A stretch of 64,000 nt of DNA from Terriglobia bacterium (GCA_963748015.1 CAVVHE010000009.1:1-64000); one strand, 5' to 3'; positions 11,529-22,121 are shown, counted from the first letter of the stretch. The notes: generated by a model not told the origin, from the sequence alone. Numbers and translations are program-made.

Positions 11529-11531
11529 AGC

Positions 11532-14102
11532 ATGGGACGCGCACTGGTCATCGTCGAGTCGCCCGCCAAGGCGAAGACGATCAACAAGTTCCTGGGACGA
11601 GGGTTCGTCGTCAAGGCGTCCATGGGACACGTCCGCGACCTCCCGAAGCGCAGCATCGGGGTGGACGAGAAGACCTTCGCCCCCACCTATGCGGTCCTCC
11701 CCGAGAAGAAGAAGACCCTCGCGGAGCTGAAGAAGGCCGCGAAGGGCGCCTCCGCCGTGTTCCTCGCCCCCGACCCCGACCGCGAGGGGGAGGCGATCTG
11801 CTGGCACCTCAAGGAAGAGCTGAAGGACGAGACCGACGCCCCGTTCCACCGGGTCATGTTCAACGAGATCACCAAGAAGGCGGTCCTCGGCGCCTTCGAG
11901 CACCCGCGGGAGATCGACTCGAACAAGGTGGACGCCCAGCAGGCGCGCCGGATCCTCGACCGCCTCGTCGGGTACAAGATCAGCCCGCTACTGTGGGACA
12001 AGGTCCGCCGGGGGCTGAGCGCCGGCCGGGTGCAGAGCGTCGCGCTCCGGATCATCTGCGAGCGCGAGCGCGAGGTCCGCGGCTTCGTCGCGCGGGAGTA
12101 CTGGTCGGTCCTGGCCCAGCTCGAGGGTAGCGAGCCGCCGGTCTTCGCCGCCCGCCTCGTGGCACGGAACGGGCAGAAGGTCGAGCTGGCCTCGAAGGAC
12201 GAGGTCACGGCCGCCCTCACCGCGCTCGGCTGGTCGGTCCGCGAGGCCGCGCCGCCCGAGGGAGCCGGGCCGGGGGTCATCGTCCTCGAGGCGTTCCCCG
12301 CGGGCGGGCAGACCGTCCCGTTCCGCGTGGCGCGGGTCCAGTCGCAGGAAAAGAGGAAGAACCCGCCCCCGCCGTTCACCACGTCGAAGCTCCAGCAGGA
12401 CGGCGCGAGGCAGTTCGGCTTCCCGGTGGCGAAGACGATGCGGCTGGCCCAGGGGCTCTACGAAGGGCGCGAGCTGGGCGAGGCCGGGACGGTGGGCCTG
12501 ATCACCTACATGAGGACCGACTCGACGCGCGTCTCCGAAGAGGCGATCGACGCGGTCCGCGGCTACATCGCGACGACGTACGGCGCCGCCGCCCTGCCCG
12601 ACAAGCCCCGCCGGTACCGCGCGGCCAAGCAGGCGCAGGAAGCCCACGAGGCGATCCGCCCGACCCTCCTCGAGTTCACGCCGGATGCGGTGAAGGCGTT
12701 CCTCGGACGGGACGAGCTGAAGCTGTACACGCTGATCTGGAACCGTTTCGTCGCCTCCCAGATGGAGTCGGCGGTGTTCGACACGACCCGCGCCGACATC
12801 GAGGCCGGGCCGTACACCTTCCGGGCGTCGGGGTCGGTGCTCAAGTCGGCGGGCTGGCTCGCGGTCTACCACGAGGCGGTCGACGAGGACACCGCGCAGA
12901 AGGAAAAGGAAGAGAAGGAAGAGGAAGAGCCGGAGGACGCCGAGGACCGGCGCCTCCCGCCGCTCCGCGAGGGGCAGGCGCTCGACCTGAGGTCGATCCT
13001 CCCCCGCCAGAGCTTCACCCAGCCGCCGCCGCGGTTCACCGAGGCGACGCTCGTGAAGGAGCTGGAAGAGAACGGGATCGGCCGCCCCTCGACCTACGCG
13101 ACCATCCTCTCGACCATCATGGACCGCGACTACGTCGAGAAGGACCGCGGGCGGTTCAGCCCGACCGAGCTGGGCTTCCTGGTCAACGACCTGATGGTCG
13201 CCTCGTTCGGCGACATCGTGGACGTCGGCTACACCGCGCGCATGGAAGAAGAGCTGGACGAGATCGAGGAGGGCCGGCTCCCCTGGACCGAAGCCCTCCG
13301 CGAGTTCAGCGAGAAGTTCGAGAAGGACCTAGCGCGCGCCCGCGTCGAGATGCGCGACGTGAAGCGCGAGGCGATCCCGACCGACGTCGTCTGCGACAAG
13401 TGCGGGAAGCCGATGGTGCTCAAGTGGGGGAGGTTCGGCCAGTTCCTCTCCTGCTCGGGCTACCCCGAGTGCAAGAACACCCGCGAGACCAACGGGACGA
13501 AGCCGGTCTCCGAGGAAGACCGCGCGGCCCTGCCCGCCGCCGCCAAGGCGGCGAAGACGGCCGCGACCCCCGACCCGGTCGAGGCCGAGGCCGAGCCGTG
13601 CGAGAAGTGCGGCAGCGCGATGGTGCTCAAGCGCGGCCGCTTCGGCCCGTTCCTGGCCTGCTCCGCCTACCCCGAGTGCAAGAACACCCGGCGGATCCGC
13701 ATGAACCAGGAAGGGAAGGCCGAGGCCAAGGCCGAGGTTCTTCTCGACGAGGAATGCCCGAAGTGCGGCTCGAAGCTCGCGAAGAAGCACGGCCGCTTCG
13801 GGGAGTTCGTCGCCTGCTCGAGCTACCCGAAGTGCCGCTACATCAAGATGAAGGAGACCGGGGTCGGCTGCCCCGAGTGCGGCAAGGGCCAGGTCGTCGA
13901 GCGACGGAGCAAGCGCGGCAAGATGTTCTTCGGGTGCGACCGCTACCCGGACTGCGGGTTCGTGCTGTGGAACCGCCCGGTCGCCCGAGCCTGCCCGCAG
14001 TGCGCCCGCCCTTACCTCGTCGAGAAGGCGAGCCGGAAGGACGGCCGCCGCATCGTCTGCGAGGCCGAGGGGTGCGGCTTCACCGCTCCAGCGGAAGGCT
14101 AG
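11532..14102 (+). CDS. topA: DNA topoisomerase I
   Basis: IVESPAKAKTI, DPDREGEAI, ITYMRTDS, EAHEAIRPT, C-terminal zinc ribbons. Confidence 0.98.
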   Translation: MGRALVIVESPAKAKTINKFLGRGFVVKASMGHVRDLPKRSIGVDEKTFAPTYAVLPEKKKTLAELKKAAKGASAVFLAPDPDREGEAICWHLKEELKDETDAPFHRVMFNEITKKAVLGAFEHPREIDSNKVDAQQARRILDRLVGYKISPLLWDKVRRGLSAGRVQSVALRIICEREREVRGFVAREYWSVLAQLEGSEPPVFAARLVARNGQKVELASKDEVTAALTALGWSVREAAPPEGAGPGVIVLEAFPAGGQTVPFRVARVQSQEKRKNPPPPFTTSKLQQDGARQFGFPVAKTMRLAQGLYEGRELGEAGTVGLITYMRTDSTRVSEEAIDAVRGYIATTYGAAALPDKPRRYRAAKQAQEAHEAIRPTLLEFTPDAVKAFLGRDELKLYTLIWNRFVASQMESAVFDTTRADIEAGPYTFRASGSVLKSAGWLAVYHEAVDEDTAQKEKEEKEEEEPEDAEDRRLPPLREGQALDLRSILPRQSFTQPPPRFTEATLVKELEENGIGRPSTYATILSTIMDRDYVEKDRGRFSPTELGFLVNDLMVASFGDIVDVGYTARMEEELDEIEEGRLPWTEALREFSEKFEKDLARARVEMRDVKREAIPTDVVCDKCGKPMVLKWGRFGQFLSCSGYPECKNTRETNGTKPVSEEDRAALPAAAKAAKTAATPDPVEAEAEPCEKCGSAMVLKRGRFGPFLACSAYPECKNTRRIRMNQEGKAEAKAEVLLDEECPKCGSKLAKKHGRFGEFVACSSYPKCRYIKMKETGVGCPECGKGQVVERRSKRGKMFFGCDRYPDCGFVLWNRPVARACPQCARPYLVEKASRKDGRRIVCEAEGCGFTAPAEG

Positions 14103-14111
14103 CCTTTTTCC

Positions 14112-14591
14112 TCACCGCCAGGGCGGCGGCTCCGAGACGTGGACGTTGTTCGCGTCCAGCCAGGCGTCCACGGTCTGGTGGAGGCGCTCGGTGCGGTAGA
14201 GGAACCAGCGGTCGCGCACCTCGGCATCGGCGCGAAGCGCGTCCCGGAAGGCGTTCAGCGGGCCGGGGCTGTCGAGGGCCAGGGTGAGCTTGGCGAGCAG
14301 CTCGGGATCGAGCTCGTCGGCTTCCGCGAGGAAGCTCTCCATCCAGTCGGCCTCTTCGACCTCGTCGGGGGGCTCGATGTAGAGGCGGGTGGTCGCCTCG
14401 CGCGGCGGCCCGTTTTCCTTGCCGTTGTCGTCCACGAGATCGTCGCCGCCCTCGAAGTCGGCCTCTTCCCCTTCGCCCTCCAGGACCACCTGGCCCGTGA
14501 CGAGGTCGAGGTAGTACACGAGGTCTTCGCGCTTGTTGTCGAACGCGGTCTCGATCTCGTCCCAGTCGATCTTGATCGGCTTGCGTTTCAT
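14112..14591 (-). CDS. UPF0158 family protein
   Basis: YYLDLVTGQV, AFRDAL, RDRWFLYR..WL pattern; acidic protein. Confidence 0.75.
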   Translation of the reverse strand: MKRKPIKIDWDEIETAFDNKREDLVYYLDLVTGQVVLEGEGEEADFEGGDDLVDDNGKENGPPREATTRLYIEPPDEVEEADWMESFLAEADELDPELLAKLTLALDSPGPLNAFRDALRADAEVRDRWFLYRTERLHQTVDAWLDANNVHVSEPPPWR

Positions 14592-14702
14592 AGGGGCTTT
14601 TCCCGGCCGCGCGAGCCGGGTGGTTCTTCCTCCTGGGAGTGTGCCGGATCCTCGTCCCGTCCGTGGAACACGGGGCTTATATAAACCGGCCGGGACCGCA
14701 AA

Positions 14703-15872
14703 TCAAGCGGTTCCGGAATCCTCGTCCCGGACCACGCGGGGGAGCGAGGGGTGGATCCGGGAAACGACCTCGTAGGAAATCGTGCCGCACCACGACGCAA
14801 CCTGCTCGGCCGAGATCCGCTCCGGCCCCTGCCGCCCCAGCAGGACCACCTCGTCCTCGACCGCCGCGTCCGGGATGTCGGTCACGTCCACCATGCACAT
14901 GTTCATGCAGACGCGCCCGCGCACCGGCGCCCGCTTGCCGTGGACCAGGACGTGGGCGACCCCCGAGAGGCGGCGGTCGTACCCCTCGTAGTAGCCGAAC
15001 GGCAGGACGGCGATCCGGGTCCGCCGGGTGGCGCGCCAGGCGCAGCCGTAGCCGACGTACCCTCCCTCGGGCACGTCCTTGACCTGGGCGATACGGGTCT
15101 TCCAGGTCAGGACCGGCGTGAGGTCGAGGGACGGCTTCCCGCGCTCGAGGCAGGAGACGTAGGTCTCGCGCGAGGGCCACAGGCCGTAGAGGGAGATGCC
15201 GATTCTCGCCAGGTCGAGGTGGGTCCGGTTGAAGAGGAGCGTGGCCGCCGAGCACGCCGAGTGGCGGATCGGCGCCGGCCGGCCCGCCTCGGCGACGAGA
15301 CGCTCGATCCGGTGGAACGCGGCGATCTGCTCCTCGGCGAACGAGTGGTCGGTCGTGTCCTCGATGTTCGCGAAGTGGGTGGTCAGACCCTCGAGCTCCA
15401 GCCACTCCGACGCGCGGATCCGGCGGACGAAGGCGGGGACGTCGGCCTCGAGGACGCCCTGGCGGTTCGTCCCGGTCTCCGCCTTGAGGTGGACGCGCAC
15501 GCGGCGCTTCTGGCTCGCGGCGCTGCGCTCCAGCTCCTCGACGGTGGCGAGGTTGTAGACCACCGGCCGGAGGTCCCTGGCAACGACTTCGCCCAGATCG
15601 GCGAGCGGGATGTAGCCCATCACGAGGACCGGCGCGTCGTGCCCGGCCTCTCGAAGCCGCACGGCCTCGTCGAGGTTGTTCACGCAGAGCCAGTCGGCCC
15701 CCGCGGCGCGCACGACCGCCGCGGTCTCTATCAACCCGTGCCCGTACGCGTTGGACTTGACGACGGCGCCGAGGAGCGGCCCGGCGCCGAGACGGCGCCG
15801 GAATTCGGCGACGTTGCCGCGGAGCGCCCGCGCGTCCACCTCGACCCAGTTCAGCAAGGAGCTCACCGGCAA
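14703..15872 (-). CDS. alr: alanine racemase
   Basis: PLP lysine motif AVVKSNAYGHG; HLKAETGTNRQG; VGYG; GRVCMN. Confidence 0.95.
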   Translation of the reverse strand: MPVSSLLNWVEVDARALRGNVAEFRRRLGAGPLLGAVVKSNAYGHGLIETAAVVRAAGADWLCVNNLDEAVRLREAGHDAPVLVMGYIPLADLGEVVARDLRPVVYNLATVEELERSAASQKRRVRVHLKAETGTNRQGVLEADVPAFVRRIRASEWLELEGLTTHFANIEDTTDHSFAEEQIAAFHRIERLVAEAGRPAPIRHSACSAATLLFNRTHLDLARIGISLYGLWPSRETYVSCLERGKPSLDLTPVLTWKTRIAQVKDVPEGGYVGYGCAWRATRRTRIAVLPFGYYEGYDRRLSGVAHVLVHGKRAPVRGRVCMNMCMVDVTDIPDAAVEDEVVLLGRQGPERISAEQVASWCGTISYEVVSRIHPSLPRVVRDEDSGTA

Positions 15873-15878
15873 CCGCCC

Positions 15879-16982
15879 CTACCAGAGCACGTACGCGGCG
15901 TCGCGGATCACCGTCGTGCGCTTCCCGTCCGCCGCGACCAGATCGGCGCGGGCGATGCCGATCGGGTTCCCCTGCGCGTAGACGATGTCCTGGTGAACCA
16001 CCGTCGCCGGGCTCTTGAACGCGGCGACGCCGACGACTCCCCCGAGATGATCGCTCCGCCCGAACGCCCAGTGGAAGCCGGCCTTCTCGTCCTCGAGCAC
16101 GTTGCCGGTCACCGCCGCCCGTTCGTTGCAGCCGAAGGCCAGCTCGGCGATGTTCCCCCTCATGGGATCCTCGGCGAAGTAGGCTCGGTGCCTCGCCGCC
16201 GCCGGGCCGCCGCCGATCACCTCGACGATGCGGTTCTCCTCGACGCGGAACACGACGGTCTCCCCGCCCTCGCCGACGGGCAGCTCGCCCGCGGTCCGCG
16301 AGGGCGTTCCGGGCTTCTCCCCCTCGTACGGGACCTCGAACACCTCGCCCGACGGGAGGTTGATCACGGGGATGTCGTCGCTCTTGTCGCGGTGCAGGTA
16401 GCCGTCGTCGGCCTCGCAGACGCGGAACCTGAGGTCGAACAGGCACCGGTGGCCGGTCGAGAACTCCACCTCCGCGCGGTCGGCGGTCAGGAACGCCTCC
16501 TTCAGGATCCTGCAGCGCCGCGCGACCTCGACGTAGTCCGCGGCGAGCGACGTCTGCTCCATGCGCTTCATGATTCCCGGCATGCTCGCCGCCCGGAACA
16601 CGTCGGCGCCCGGGCGGCGCTTGCAGACGTCGATGAGCGGCGCGGTGGCCGAGAACTCCGTCATCGCCAGGACCAAGTTCACGTCGTCGAAGATCGAGGC
16701 CAGCGGGACGCTCTTCCCGCCCACCTCGGCCTCCGCCGGCAGGCTCGCCCCGTTCGATCCGGTCGCCGCGTACGTCACGAGCGGCAGCACCTCGAAGCCG
16801 ATCCTCCGCCCGAGCCTATCGAGTCCTTGGCGCCAGTCCTCCGCCATGCCCCGCCGGTCCGCCCACGCGGGGTGATCGGGACACGACGCCGTCGGCATGT
16901 CGACCAGCACCGCCGCCCGCTCGCCCGCCACCGGCCCGAACACGTCCACCAGGAACTTCTCTAGGTCGAACGTCCCCGCCAT
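15879..16982 (-). CDS. M29/aminopeptidase T-like metalloprotein
   Basis: ASMPG, NLPSGEVF, NIAELAFGCN, EDEKAGFHWAFGRSDH, HQDIV; ATG at 16982 with GGGAGG upstream. Confidence 0.65.
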   Translation of the reverse strand: MAGTFDLEKFLVDVFGPVAGERAAVLVDMPTASCPDHPAWADRRGMAEDWRQGLDRLGRRIGFEVLPLVTYAATGSNGASLPAEAEVGGKSVPLASIFDDVNLVLAMTEFSATAPLIDVCKRRPGADVFRAASMPGIMKRMEQTSLAADYVEVARRCRILKEAFLTADRAEVEFSTGHRCLFDLRFRVCEADDGYLHRDKSDDIPVINLPSGEVFEVPYEGEKPGTPSRTAGELPVGEGGETVVFRVEENRIVEVIGGGPAAARHRAYFAEDPMRGNIAELAFGCNERAAVTGNVLEDEKAGFHWAFGRSDHLGGVVGVAAFKSPATVVHQDIVYAQGNPIGIARADLVAADGKRTTVIRDAAYVLW

Positions 16983-17058
16983 CGCTTCCTCCCGCCGCCC
17001 GTCCCCGGCCGGCATACCCTGCCCGCGAAGCCGCCATTCTAGTCCCGTTACCCCTCCC

Positions 17059-17258
17059 CGGTCGCGGGGCTCGCCGGTGGGGGTCCCTCGCGGCGACAAT
17101 GCCCGAGGCGACGGGGACCCCTGCACGGCCGCGCGAAGGGTCGAGCGCGATGGGGATAGGGGCCCCCATCGCGCTTGCTCGACCCTTCGCGCGCCCGATG
17201 CGGGTCGTCGCCGAGGGAGGTCGCCGCGAGGGACCCCCACCGGCGAGCCCCGCGACCG
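17059..17258. repeat. 200 bp nested fold-back element (REP/MITE-like)
   Basis: Perfect 39 bp inverted repeat 17059-17097 / 17220-17258 plus inner stems; core homologous to 58052-58155. Confidence 0.85.
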
Positions 17259-17354
17259 AGCGTGGGGCAGCGTTGCGGGACGCGGGGGCGATCTGAGATG
17301 ATCGGGGGTCGTGGGACGCGCGGGCAGGGGTCCGAGCCGGGAGGTGGGGGCGCG

Positions 17355-18461
17355 ATGGATACGGTGCTGGTGACGGGTGGCGCGGGGTTCATCGGGTCGA
17401 ACTTCGTCCGCCACGCGCTCCGGCACACGGGCGACCGGGTCGTCGTCCTGGACAAGCTCACCTACGCGGGGAGCCTCGAGAGCCTGGCGGAGGTCAGCGG
17501 CGACCCCCGGTACGCGTTCGTGCGGGGGGACATCGCGGACCGCGAGAAGGTGGCCGCGGTGTTCCGGGAGCACCGCCCGTCGTCGGTCGTGAACTTCGCG
17601 GCCGAGAGCCACGTCGACCGGTCGATCGACTCGCCGCGGCCGTTCGTCGAGACGAACATCGTGGGGACGTTCGAGCTGCTCGAGGCGTCGCGGCGGCACG
17701 TCGCGGCGCTCGACGAGGCCGGCAGGAAGCGGTTCCGCTTCCTGCACGTCTCGACCGACGAGGTCTACGGCAGCCTCGGCCCGGAAGGGCTGTTCACCGA
17801 GGAGACGCCGTACGCGCCGAACTCCCCCTACGCCGCCTCCAAGGCGTCGGCCGACCACATCGTGCGCTCGTTCCACGAGACGTACGGCCTCCCCGCGATC
17901 ATCACCAACTGCTCCAACAACTACGGCCCCTTCCAGTTCCCGGAGAAGCTGATCCCGCTGATGATCCTGAACGCGCTCGAGGGGAAGCCGCTCCCGATCT
18001 ACGGCGACGGCGGGAACGTGCGCGACTGGCTCTACGTCCTCGACCACTGCGAGGGGATCCTCCTGGCGCTTCGGATGGGGAAGCCGGGCAGGAAGTACAA
18101 CATCGGCGGGAGCAACGAGCGGCGGAACGTCGAGATCGTGGACAGGATCTGCGAGGTGCTCGACCGCGAGGTCCCCACGGCGTCGAACCCTGCGCTCGCC
18201 GCGCGCGGGCTCTCCTCGTACAAGGCGCTCAAGACCTTCGTGCCGGACCGCCCGGGGCACGACCGCCGCTACGCGATCGACGCGACGCGGATCCGGGAGG
18301 AGCTCGGCTGGAAGGCCGCGCACGACTTCGAGTCGGGGATCGAGGAGACGGTTCGCTGGTACCTCTCGCACCGGGACTGGTGCGAGAAGGTGCAGGGCGG
18401 ACGATACGATCGAGAGCGGCTGGGCCTCGGGGCGGCCCCCGGCCAGGAGAAGAAAGGATGA
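17355..18461 (+). CDS. rfbB: dTDP-glucose 4,6-dehydratase
   Basis: [44 protein letters not shown]. Confidence 0.97.
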   Translation: MDTVLVTGGAGFIGSNFVRHALRHTGDRVVVLDKLTYAGSLESLAEVSGDPRYAFVRGDIADREKVAAVFREHRPSSVVNFAAESHVDRSIDSPRPFVETNIVGTFELLEASRRHVAALDEAGRKRFRFLHVSTDEVYGSLGPEGLFTEETPYAPNSPYAASKASADHIVRSFHETYGLPAIITNCSNNYGPFQFPEKLIPLMILNALEGKPLPIYGDGGNVRDWLYVLDHCEGILLALRMGKPGRKYNIGGSNERRNVEIVDRICEVLDREVPTASNPALAARGLSSYKALKTFVPDRPGHDRRYAIDATRIREELGWKAAHDFESGIEETVRWYLSHRDWCEKVQGGRYDRERLGLGAAPGQEKKG

Positions 18462-19330
18462 AGGGGATCATTCTCGCCGGCGGCTCGGGGACGCGGCTGC
18501 ACCCGCTGACGCGGGCGGTGTCGAAGCAGCTCGTGCCCGTCTACGACAAGCCGATGGTGTACTACCCGCTGTCCACGCTGATGCTCGCGGGGATCCGGGA
18601 CGTCCTGGTCATCACGACCCCGCAGGATCAGGAGGCGTTCCGGCGGCTGCTCGACGACGGGAGCACGCTCGGCCTCGCCATCTCGTACGCCGCGCAGCCG
18701 CGCCCCGAGGGGCTCGCGCAGGCGTTCATCATCGGCCGCGAGTTCGTGGGAAAGGACCGGGTCGCGCTCGCCCTCGGCGACAACGTGTTCTTCGGGCACG
18801 GCCTGCCCGAGCTGCTGCGGCGGGCGGCGGAGCGGGAAAAAGGGGCGACCGTCTTCGGCTACCAGGTCCGCGACCCGGAACGGTACGGGGTGGTGGAGTT
18901 CGACGGCGCCGGCCGCGCCGTGAGCCTCGAGGAGAAGCCGCAGAAGCCCCGCTCGTCCTGGGCGGTCACCGGCCTCTACTTCTACGACAACCTCGTCCTG
19001 GACGTCGCCGCGAACCTCGCCCCTTCCCCGCGCGGCGAGCTCGAGATCACCGACGTCAACCGGAAGTACCTCGAGGCCGGGACGCTGAGCGTGGAGAAGA
19101 TGGGGCGCGGGTACGCGTGGCTCGACACCGGCACCCCCGAGTCGCTCCTGCACGCGTCGAACTTCATCCAGACGATCCAGGAGCGGCAGGGGCTGATGGT
19201 CGCCTGCCTGGAGGAGATCGCGTACTCGATGGGGTTCGTAGGCGCGGACGAGGTCCGAAAGATCGCGGCCGGGATGCGCGGCAACGCCTACGGCCAGTAC
19301 CTGCTCCGTCTCGTGGACGGGGAGCACTGA
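18458..19330 (+). CDS. rfbA: glucose-1-phosphate thymidylyltransferase
   Basis: [35 protein letters not shown]. Confidence 0.97.
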   Translation: MKGIILAGGSGTRLHPLTRAVSKQLVPVYDKPMVYYPLSTLMLAGIRDVLVITTPQDQEAFRRLLDDGSTLGLAISYAAQPRPEGLAQAFIIGREFVGKDRVALALGDNVFFGHGLPELLRRAAEREKGATVFGYQVRDPERYGVVEFDGAGRAVSLEEKPQKPRSSWAVTGLYFYDNLVLDVAANLAPSPRGELEITDVNRKYLEAGTLSVEKMGRGYAWLDTGTPESLLHASNFIQTIQERQGLMVACLEEIAYSMGFVGADEVRKIAAGMRGNAYGQYLLRLVDGEH

Positions 19331-19369
19331 CCGGGGCGCGCCGCCGCGCGTTGACGCTATACTCCGGCC

Positions 19370-19705
19370 ATGAGCGAACAGAACGCATTCGTCGTTCCCG
19401 ATGCCCTGCCCTGGGTCGAAACCTCCTACCCCGGGATCCGGTGGAAGGTCCTCCACCACGATCCGGTCAGCGGCCGCTCGGTCTTCCTCCTCCGCTTCGA
19501 CCCCGGCGCGTCGTACCCGATGCACCGGCACCCCGAGTGGGAGGATTACCTGGTCGTCGAGGGGTCCGTGAGGGACGGCGGGGCCGACCGCCCGGCGGGG
19601 ACGTTCGTGCACCACCCGGGCGGGACCGCGCACCGCCTGGTCTCGCCTATGGGCTGCGTGCTGTTCGTCTCCCTGGCACAGCCGGTCGAAGTCCTCAAGG
19701 AGTAG
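19370..19705 (+). CDS. ChrR-like cupin protein
   Basis: HRHPEWED..VVEG and HPGGTAH cupin motifs. Confidence 0.75.
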   Translation: MSEQNAFVVPDALPWVETSYPGIRWKVLHHDPVSGRSVFLLRFDPGASYPMHRHPEWEDYLVVEGSVRDGGADRPAGTFVHHPGGTAHRLVSPMGCVLFVSLAQPVEVLKE

Positions 19706-19709
19706 CCCC

Positions 19710-20633
19710 GTGAAGGGGCCGGGCCGCCTCGCGATCGCGGGCACCTTCGCCCTCCTGACGCTCGTCTGGGGGACGACCTGGGCCGCGATCCGGATCGGTC
19801 TCGCGGGGATACCGCCGTTCACCGGCGTCGCGCTGCGCTTCCTCGTCGCCGCCGCGGTGCTGTTCTTGCTGTCCCCCATGATGGGGGTGCGCTACGGTTG
19901 GAGCGCCGTCGAGCGCCGCCTTTGGCTGACCAACGGCCTTCTCTCGTTCTGCGTCTCCTACGGCGTCGTCTACTGGTCCGAGCAGTGGGTTCCGTCGGGG
20001 CTCGCCTCGGTGCTGTTCGCGACCTTCCCGCTGTTCGTCGCCCTGCTCGCCCACTTCGCTCTTCCCGCGGAGCGCCTCACGACGAAGGCCGTGGTCGGGA
20101 TCGTGGCCGGCTTCGTCGGGGTCGCGGTGATCTTCTCCGAGGATTTCTCGCGCCTCGGGGGGCCGCGGGTCGCGCTCGCGTCGCTGGTCATGCTGCTATC
20201 GCCGGTCGTTTCGGCGGTGGCCTCGGTCTCGATCAAGAAGTGGGGGCGGGACATCCACCCCGTCTCGATCTCGGCCGTGCCGATGGCGCTGTCGGCGGTC
20301 GTCATGGGCGGGGTCGCGCTCGCCGTCGAGCACGATCGGCCCTTGCGGTTCGATGCGGTCTCGGTCTCCGCCTTGCTCTACCTTGCCCTGGCCGGCTCGG
20401 CGCTGACCTTCACCCTCTACTACTGGCTGATGCGCCACATCCCGGCCACCCGCCTGTCCCTGATCGCCTACTCGACACCGGTGGTCGCGGTCGCGGTGGG
20501 AGCCCTGTTCCTGCACGAGCCGGTGACCGCGCGGACCTTCGCCGGCTCAGCCCTGGTCGTTCTGGGGGTGGCCCTGGCCGTCCACGCCCGGCACGCCGGC
20601 GGCGCCCCTCCCACCCTGGAAGTCGAACCCTGA
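19710..20633 (+). CDS. EamA/DMT family transporter
   Basis: VWGTTWAAI, about 10 hydrophobic segments, two EamA repeats. Confidence 0.9.
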   Translation: MKGPGRLAIAGTFALLTLVWGTTWAAIRIGLAGIPPFTGVALRFLVAAAVLFLLSPMMGVRYGWSAVERRLWLTNGLLSFCVSYGVVYWSEQWVPSGLASVLFATFPLFVALLAHFALPAERLTTKAVVGIVAGFVGVAVIFSEDFSRLGGPRVALASLVMLLSPVVSAVASVSIKKWGRDIHPVSISAVPMALSAVVMGGVALAVEHDRPLRFDAVSVSALLYLALAGSALTFTLYYWLMRHIPATRLSLIAYSTPVVAVAVGALFLHEPVTARTFAGSALVVLGVALAVHARHAGGAPPTLEVEP

Positions 20634-20749
20634 CCCCGTACCTCGTTGCTTTCCCTCGGAGGGGCTGGCCGTGACGCGGAGGATGTCCTACCCTATGCGG
20701 AGAGGGGACTTCGTTGCGGCAACTATCGCTAGGCCTAGGAGTTGAACCC

Positions 20750-22093
20750 GTGAAAGGCAAAACGACCTTCCTCCTGATGGCGTTCCTCCTGACGTGCGCG
20801 AGCGCCCTCGCGCAGACCCCGGCGACCCCGCCCGATCAGCCTCCCCCACCCCCGGCGCAGCCGGGCCAGCCGGCACCTCCGCCGCAGGGCGACCCGGCGG
20901 TGCAGCCGCCGGCCCCGCCGGCCGAGGCGCCACCCCCGGAGGCCGCGCCCGCGGACCCCGTTCTCGAGGCCGCCAAGGAGGCTTTCAGGAAGGGGGATTA
21001 CCAGGCCGCGCTCGACAACACGACGAAGGTGCTCGCCGGCAAGCCCGAGGACATCGAAGCGCTCTACATCGCGGGGGTCTCGTCCCTTCGCCTCGGCCAG
21101 TACGACTCCGCCGACACCTATCTGAACAAGCTGCTGCAAATCGAGCCCCGGATGCCCAACGTCTTCTTCCATCTCGGCCACCTCGCGTTTGCCCGGGGGG
21201 ACGAGCTGGCTAAGGAGGGGCGCTCGGAGGAGGCCAAGGCGAAGTACGCCGAGGCGGCGCAGAAATTCGAGCAGGAGATCGCGCGCGTCGCGCCCACGGA
21301 CCCGCCCCCGCTGCAGGCGCTCCAGAGCCGCGCCTTGGCACTTGCCCGCGCCGGGCAGTATGACGACGCGTTCAAGGCCTACGAGGCCTGGATCGCGGCC
21401 GCGCCCAAGAGCGCCCGCCCCTATCTCGCCCTCGGGAGCCTCTACGCCGAGCTGGGGCGAGCGAGCGACGCGATGGCGATTCTCGACCGCCTCCCCAAGG
21501 AGAACGCCAAGCTCGCGACCGAGGGCAGCTTCGCGATCGCGCGGACGCTGTATTCCAAGGAGAAGTACGCCGAGACGCTCGCTTTCAGCAGGAAGATGCT
21601 GGAGCTGTCCCTCGATTCGAGGCCCCTCCACGGTCTGCTTTCGGCGACCTACGCCCGCCTCGGCAACTTGCAGGATTCCGCGAGGGAGCTCTGCGGGTTC
21701 ATGAGCCAGAACCCGCCCGCCGAGGAGAGTTCGACGCTCGGCGAGGTGATCAAGATGGCCTTCGGCGGCGATTGGGCCGAGGAGAAGGCGCCGAAGTTGT
21801 TCCCCAAGGGGACTCTGCCCGAGCTGGACCGGAAGTCCTCGCCGCGCTATCCGCCCGAGGCACGAAAGGACCGGATCGAGACGGACATCATGCTCATGGT
21901 CCTGGTCAACACGGACGGGAACGTCGCCGAGACCTGCACGGTTCCCTCCGGCGTGCTCGACCAGCTCCGGCAGTACGGCGTCGAGCAGGCCGCCATCGAG
22001 TGCGCCAAGAAGTGGAAGTTCCTGCCGGCCAAGAAGGACAAGGCGCCGGTGAACGCCTACTACCCCGCGGTGGTGAGCTTCAAGCTGCGCTGA
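20750..22093 (+). CDS. exported TPR-repeat protein with Pro-rich linker and C-terminal TonB_C-like domain
   Basis: Signal peptide, Pro/Gln-rich stretch, helical TPR-like repeats, PRYPPEAR..WKFLPA..VSFKL TonB_C pattern; GTG start after AGGAG. Confidence 0.7.
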   Translation: MKGKTTFLLMAFLLTCASALAQTPATPPDQPPPPPAQPGQPAPPPQGDPAVQPPAPPAEAPPPEAAPADPVLEAAKEAFRKGDYQAALDNTTKVLAGKPEDIEALYIAGVSSLRLGQYDSADTYLNKLLQIEPRMPNVFFHLGHLAFARGDELAKEGRSEEAKAKYAEAAQKFEQEIARVAPTDPPPLQALQSRALALARAGQYDDAFKAYEAWIAAAPKSARPYLALGSLYAELGRASDAMAILDRLPKENAKLATEGSFAIARTLYSKEKYAETLAFSRKMLELSLDSRPLHGLLSATYARLGNLQDSARELCGFMSQNPPAEESSTLGEVIKMAFGGDWAEEKAPKLFPKGTLPELDRKSSPRYPPEARKDRIETDIMLMVLVNTDGNVAETCTVPSGVLDQLRQYGVEQAAIECAKKWKFLPAKKDKAPVNAYYPAVVSFKLR

Positions 22094-22121
22094 CCGCGGC
22101 ACGCCCGCATCCCGATGCGGG

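Noticed and set aside
12210..12320. Intein or mobile insert in topA
   Set aside because: Only a ~30 aa loop insertion with no splicing motifs.
19370..19705. Cupin as RfbC epimerase
   Set aside because: Too short, lacks RmlC motifs such as RGLH, and matches a ChrR-type cupin pattern.
20815..20960. DNA tandem repeat
   Set aside because: Low-complexity Pro/Ala/Gln coding linker, not a discrete repeat.
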